Shown here: piece after piece, positions 37,609 to 41,269 of the stretch
Numbering within the stretch: the stretch's first letter is position 1
Layout of the letters: each line of letters opens with the position of its first letter
From: Candidatus Omnitrophota bacterium
GTDB taxonomy: Bacteria; Omnitrophota; Gorgyraeia; Pluralincolimonadales; Pluralincolimonadaceae
Direction of reading: 5' to 3'
Assembly (NCBI GenBank): GCA_041653555.1
Contig: JBAZFE010000002.1
Location: 1 to 41,269, forward strand
Length of the DNA stretch: 41,269 nt
Notes under the pieces: model-generated
The model's database searches: none
What the model was told of the DNA's origin: nothing
Seen by the model: only the letters and a program-made list of their open reading frames with translations
Made by a program: the position numbers and the translations under genes

Positions 37609-38556
37609 CTAATGCAAGCCATTTGAAAAACTGTCACCCGGGCGGACCTTATGCCCCAGCGCGTATTCCGAGGCCCTCATTCGCTTTCCGCCCCCGGCCT
37701 GGAGCTCGACGATGGTCACGGCATCCACGGCACAGCTTACGGTGATGCCGGCCTTGCCTATGGCCGTTACCTTCCCGGGTTCCGCCGGCGGTCCCGACTC
37801 GGGTACCTGCGCCAATTCCGAGCTCCATATCTTCACGGCCTTTCCTGAAAGAGCCGAGAATGCGCCCGGCCAGCCGTATAGCCCCCGTATCCTGTTATGG
37901 ACCTCGGCGGCGGGTTTACGCCAGTCGATCATCCCGTCTTCCTTCTTAAGCTTCCCCGTGATAGTTATGTCCTTCGGGTCCTGTTTACGGAACACGGCGG
38001 TGCCCGCCTTTATGGCATCGACGGCCTCTGAAAGCAATTCCGCCCCGTTCACTGCGAGCCTCGCGGACAGCGTCTCGGCATTATCCGACGGGAGTATGGT
38101 TATCTCACTCTGCGAGATTATCTCTCCTGAATCCATCTTTTCGTCAAGCCGGAAGACCGTTACGCCGGTCTTCTGCTCGCCGTTTATGATCGCCCAGTTT
38201 ATGGGAGACGGCCCCCTGTATTTCGGCAGCATGGACGCGTGCAGCCCCGCAGAGAACATCTTCGGAAGGGCCAACAGTTTACCGGAGAGGATCTGTCCGT
38301 ACGCTATCACGATAAAGAGGTCGGCACCGTAACTTTCCAGCACCGATATGGCGTCTGCCTCGTCAAGGCCTTCGATAGACACCGAAGGTAATCCGAGTTT
38401 GTTCGCGGCTGACCTCACTGGAGACGGCAAACTTATGAGCCGCCGGCCCTGCGGCTTGTCCTGTTTTGTGACGACCGCGGATATCCCGTGCGTCCTGTGG
38501 AGTTTTTCCAGGCTGGGGACGGCAAAACCCGACGTCCCGAGGAAGACTATCTTCAT
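37609..38556 (-). CDS. fmt: methionyl-tRNA formyltransferase
   Basis: 315 aa. It starts MKIVFLGTSGFAVPSL, and HASMLPKYRGPSPINWAI is present. It overlaps def by 4 nt. Confidence 0.95.
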   Translation of the reverse strand: MKIVFLGTSGFAVPSLEKLHRTHGISAVVTKQDKPQGRRLISLPSPVRSAANKLGLPSVSIEGLDEADAISVLESYGADLFIVIAYGQILSGKLLALPKMFSAGLHASMLPKYRGPSPINWAIINGEQKTGVTVFRLDEKMDSGEIISQSEITILPSDNAETLSARLAVNGAELLSEAVDAIKAGTAVFRKQDPKDITITGKLKKEDGMIDWRKPAAEVHNRIRGLYGWPGAFSALSGKAVKIWSSELAQVPESGPPAEPGKVTAIGKAGITVSCAVDAVTIVELQAGGGKRMRASEYALGHKVRPGDSFSNGLH

Positions 38557-39047
38557 TTGGCCTCTTTTTTTAGGCCGCGCTTTGCCATCATGCGCTTGAT
38601 GGGATTGAGCCTGTCAATGAATAATATCCCGTCCAGGTGGTCTATCTCATGCTGGAATATCCTTGCCAGGAATCCCTTGGCCTCATAGCACACCGGATTT
38701 CCTTTTATATCAAGCCCCTCCACGACGAGATAGGCGCTCCTGCGCACCGGGCCGTTCACTCCGGGCAGGCTCAGGCAGCCCTCCTCCTTACTCTCGCTTC
38801 CGCGCTTTTTTATAATGGCGGGATTTATGAGCGCATCGGCGCGCCAGCTTTCCGGGGACGGATTGAACGTGATTATCCTCTTTAAGACCCCTACCTGCGT
38901 GGCGGCCAGCCCTACGCCGTCCGAGACCTTCATCGTCTCAATCATATCCTCGATCAGGCGCTTATCGGCATCGCATACCTCCCTGACCGGCAAGGCCTTC
39001 CTCTTAAGTACGGGATCCGGGTATTTTCGTATCTTTAATATTGGCAT
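38553..39047 (-). CDS. def: peptide deformylase
   Basis: 164 aa. It has the three PDF motifs GVGLAATQVG, EGCLSLPG and QHEIDHLDG. Confidence 0.95.
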   Translation of the reverse strand: MPILKIRKYPDPVLKRKALPVREVCDADKRLIEDMIETMKVSDGVGLAATQVGVLKRIITFNPSPESWRADALINPAIIKKRGSESKEEGCLSLPGVNGPVRRSAYLVVEGLDIKGNPVCYEAKGFLARIFQHEIDHLDGILFIDRLNPIKRMMAKRGLKKEAK

Positions 39048-39053
39048 GCCATT

Positions 39054-39082
39054 ATTCTACTATAAATCGGTTTAAAATCCAA
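39054..39082 (-). promoter_or_regulatory. candidate promoter for def that would give a leaderless or near-leaderless mRNA
   Basis: The minus strand reads TTGGAT (39077-39082), a 17-nt spacer, TAGAAT (39054-39059), 6 nt, then the def ATG. No SD precedes the ATG. An alternative reading is TTGGAT (39083-39088), an 18-nt spacer, then TATAGT. Confidence 0.4.
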
Positions 39083-39095
39083 ATCCAAAAAAGGA

Positions 39096-39125
39096 TTGAC
39101 ACCTTCCCTTGAAATGGTCTATAAT
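39096..39125 (+). promoter_or_regulatory. consensus sigma70 promoter for the TPR gene
   Basis: TTGACA (39096-39101), an 18-nt spacer, then TATAAT (39120-39125). AAGGAG (39133-39138) lies 6 nt before the ATG at 39145. Confidence 0.65.
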
Positions 39126-39144
39126 TTTTAAAAAGGAGCGACAA

Positions 39145-39750
39145 ATGAGCGATGATGCGTTGAATGCCCTGCCTAAGCAGATAAAAGACTACTATGATAA
39201 GGGGATTACTGCGATACAAAGGGAAAATTTTGCCTATGCTGTCGACCTCTTCAGCTCTGCGCTCGCCTTAAAGGAAGATTTTGCGGAAGCCCGTTATTAC
39301 CTCTGGTATTCATTATGGGAGAACAGCAAGCGCCATTCTAATATTTTTTCCAAGATATTCGGAAGGGTCATCTCTTCCGTCCTGATTATGCAGGCGATGT
39401 CCATGCAAAAGACCGGCAAGACCTCCCAGGCGGTATACACTTATGAAAAAGCGATGAGGGCGGACCCGGGCAACACCACCGTCTTGAATGCGATCGCCGA
39501 TTGTTTGATCAGCGAGGGGCAGACCCTTGCCGCGATAAAGATCCTTGAAGGCGTACCTTTGATCAATAACAATGATTTCACGTGCTTGAAGAAACTTGCG
39601 GGGCTTTACAGGAGCGTTGAGAATTATGACAAGGCGAGGGCTTACTTCAGCGCTACCTTAAAGGTGAACCCGAACGACATGGACGCCGAGCACGGCATCA
39701 AGGAACTCGACGCCATAAAAACGATGGAAAAGCACTTCGAGAACCAATAG
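39145..39750 (+). CDS. TPR-repeat protein
   Basis: About 201 aa counted from the ATG with the strong SD; the ORF-track TTG start at 39109 lies inside the promoter. TPR-like helices are present, for example YDKGITAIQRENFAYAVDLFSSALALKEDFAEARYYL and YDKARAYFSATLKVNPND. It is the only plus-strand gene in the window. Confidence 0.75.
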   Translation: MSDDALNALPKQIKDYYDKGITAIQRENFAYAVDLFSSALALKEDFAEARYYLWYSLWENSKRHSNIFSKIFGRVISSVLIMQAMSMQKTGKTSQAVYTYEKAMRADPGNTTVLNAIADCLISEGQTLAAIKILEGVPLINNNDFTCLKKLAGLYRSVENYDKARAYFSATLKVNPNDMDAEHGIKELDAIKTMEKHFENQ

Positions 39751-39760
39751 GGAATATTTG

Positions 39761-41269
39761 TCATAACCCAAGCGGGTCCACGTCAATAGCTATAGTGACA
39801 GCCGACCTTCCCTTCAGGTCCCCTAACGCTTTATCTATGTATCCGCACATCTCTCCCGGCTTACTGCCCTTCAGGAACATGCTCCACCTGTACTGTCCTT
39901 TTATCTTCGAGATGAACTCCGGCGCCGGCCCGACGAGATCGATACCCTTGCCTTCTATATGCGCGGCCAGGACGGCGGCGAGGTCATGCGCGGTCTTTAT
40001 CACCCTCTCCTCGTCCTTTCCCCTTAACTTGATATCAACAACATGGTTGAAAGGCGGATATCCGAGCTCTTTCCTGAACTTTATCTCCTCCTCGAAAAAA
40101 CCCGCGTAATCATGGCCCACGCTCTTTCTGACCGCGTAATGTTCCGGGGAGAACGTCTGTATGATGACCCTTCCCGCTTCGGAACCCCTTCCCGCCCTTC
40201 CGGCGACCTGGGTCAGCAGGTTAAAGGTCCTTTCCCCGGACCTGAAATCGGGGAGGTTCAAGGCCGTATCGGCTGATATCACGCCGACGAGCGTGACCCG
40301 CGGGAAATCGTGGCCCTTCGCGATCATCTGCGTGCCGATCAGTATATCGAGCTTATGTTTCCTGAAGTCGTCCAGGATCTGCTTATGCGAGCCCCTCTTG
40401 ACCGTCGCGTCCGTATCCATCCTGGCGATCCTTGCAACCGGAAAGATCCTTGCGGCTTCGCTCTCGATCTTCTGCGTGCCGACCCCGAAATATTGTATAT
40501 CCCCGCCCTTGCATTTCGGGCACTTGGCCGGCGGATCGGCCTGGTAATTACAGTAATGGCAGCTGAGCTTCTTAATGTCGTAATGGTATGTCATGGAGAC
40601 GTTGCAGTGCCTGCATTTGATGACATGCCCGCACTTCCTGCAATTGATGAAGGTCGAAAATCCCCTGCGGTTCATGAGCAGCATAACCTGCCCGTCCTTG
40701 TTCAGGACCTGCGAGATCGCGTGTTCGAGCGCCCGCGAGAATATCTTCGCGTCCTTCACGTCTATAAGCTCCTGGCGCATATCGACGATATCCACCTTCG
40801 GAAGCGACCTCTTCTCTATGCGCTCGGTCATCTTCAGCATCTTATACTCGCCGCTTAACGCCTTATGGTATGTCTCGATGGACGGGGTCGCTCCTCCGAG
40901 TATTACGGTAGCGCCCGATATCCCGGCCCTCTCTATCGCGACCTCCCTCGCGTTATACCGCGGCGCGTCATCCTGCTTATAGGATGTCTCGTGCTCCTCG
41001 TCAATGACTATCAGCCCCAGGTTCGATACCGGCGCAAAGACCGCCGAACGCGCTCCTACGGCTATCCTCGCGGACCCTTCCTTCAGCTTCTTCCACTCGA
41101 CGAACCTCTCGGTATCAAGCAGCCGGCTGTGCAGGACCGCGACCACGCCTCCGAACCTCGACTTGAACCATTCTATCGCCTGGGGCGTCAGCGAGATCTC
41201 AGGGACCAGCACTATCGCGGTCTTCCCCATCTTCAGCGCAAGCTCTATCGACTGAAGGTAGACTTCCGT
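39761..41269 (-). CDS. priA: primosomal protein N' (replication restart helicase), C-terminal about 500 aa; the 5' end is off the window
   Basis: The frame stays open to the window edge (TEVYLQSIELALKMGKTAIVLVPEISLTPQ). The DEEH box reads VIDEEHE, and the Cys-rich zinc region reads CRKCGHVIKCRHCNVSMTYH...CHYCNY...CPKCKG. Confidence 0.95.
   Translation of the reverse strand, partial: TEVYLQSIELALKMGKTAIVLVPEISLTPQAIEWFKSRFGGVVAVLHSRLLDTERFVEWKKLKEGSARIAVGARSAVFAPVSNLGLIVIDEEHETSYKQDDAPRYNAREVAIERAGISGATVILGGATPSIETYHKALSGEYKMLKMTERIEKRSLPKVDIVDMRQELIDVKDAKIFSRALEHAISQVLNKDGQVMLLMNRRGFSTFINCRKCGHVIKCRHCNVSMTYHYDIKKLSCHYCNYQADPPAKCPKCKGGDIQYFGVGTQKIESEAARIFPVARIARMDTDATVKRGSHKQILDDFRKHKLDILIGTQMIAKGHDFPRVTLVGVISADTALNLPDFRSGERTFNLLTQVAGRAGRGSEAGRVIIQTFSPEHYAVRKSVGHDYAGFFEEEIKFRKELGYPPFNHVVDIKLRGKDEERVIKTAHDLAAVLAAHIEGKGIDLVGPAPEFISKIKGQYRWSMFLKGSKPGEMCGYIDKALGDLKGRSAVTIAIDVDPLGL

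Noticed and set aside
38559-38577. A GGCCT-T8-AGGCC palindrome at the def/fmt junction that resembles a terminator.
   Set aside because: It lies inside the def coding 3' end (KRGLKKEAK). On the transcribed minus strand the loop is an A-run, and no U-tract follows the stem. The def and fmt genes overlap by 4 nt and are classically co-transcribed.
1-41269. A search for CRISPR repeats, IS or transposase ends, integrases, phage genes, toxin-antitoxin pairs, restriction-modification systems or other defence systems.
   Set aside because: No direct-repeat and spacer periodicity was seen, and no ORF has transposase, integrase, nuclease-NTPase or toxin motifs. Every ORF longer than 100 aa on the coding strand is accounted for by a housekeeping family, except the CBS protein reported above.

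Overview
This is a dense region of a bacterial chromosome that encodes core metabolism almost entirely on the minus strand. It holds about 45 protein genes. Most gaps are under 35 nt, and many starts and stops overlap by 1, 4 or 8-17 nt.

In the direction of transcription (high to low coordinates) the order is:
- priA, whose 5' part lies off the window.
- One lone plus-strand TPR gene.
- def-fmt, an unrecognisable 439-aa protein with one C-terminal CBS motif, and two tandem GalT-like genes.
- gap-pgk-tpiA-secG.
- A five-gene Opp/Dpp-type ABC importer.
- A MarC-family gene, glgC, an nth-like gene, thiG, an ArgA-like GNAT, leuC-leuD-leuB, asd and truA.
- rplM-rpsI, with its own consensus promoter and intrinsic terminator.
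- argC-J-B-D-F-G-H, lysA-dapF-dapA-dapB-dapL, folK, panC-panD, nadA-nadX, and the start of a small gene.

I found no rRNA or tRNA, CRISPR array, transposase or integrase, phage gene, toxin-antitoxin pair or recognisable defence gene. No intergenic space exceeds about 120 nt. The window is therefore mostly ordinary housekeeping DNA.

The items most worth a second look are:
- The translationally coupled trio of the unknown CBS protein and two divergent GalT/HIT-family paralogues.
- A CCSCCC cysteine-cluster insertion in pgk, encoded by an imperfect trinucleotide repeat.
- A folK gene with no canonical start codon.
- A roughly 16-kb co-directional array of aspartate-linked biosynthetic genes.
- Several compact regulatory arrangements: a promoter embedded in a terminator, a possibly leaderless def, and a terminator-like hairpin inside the first codons of the ABC binding-protein gene.

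All calls come from reading motifs by eye. No database search or numerical computation was possible.
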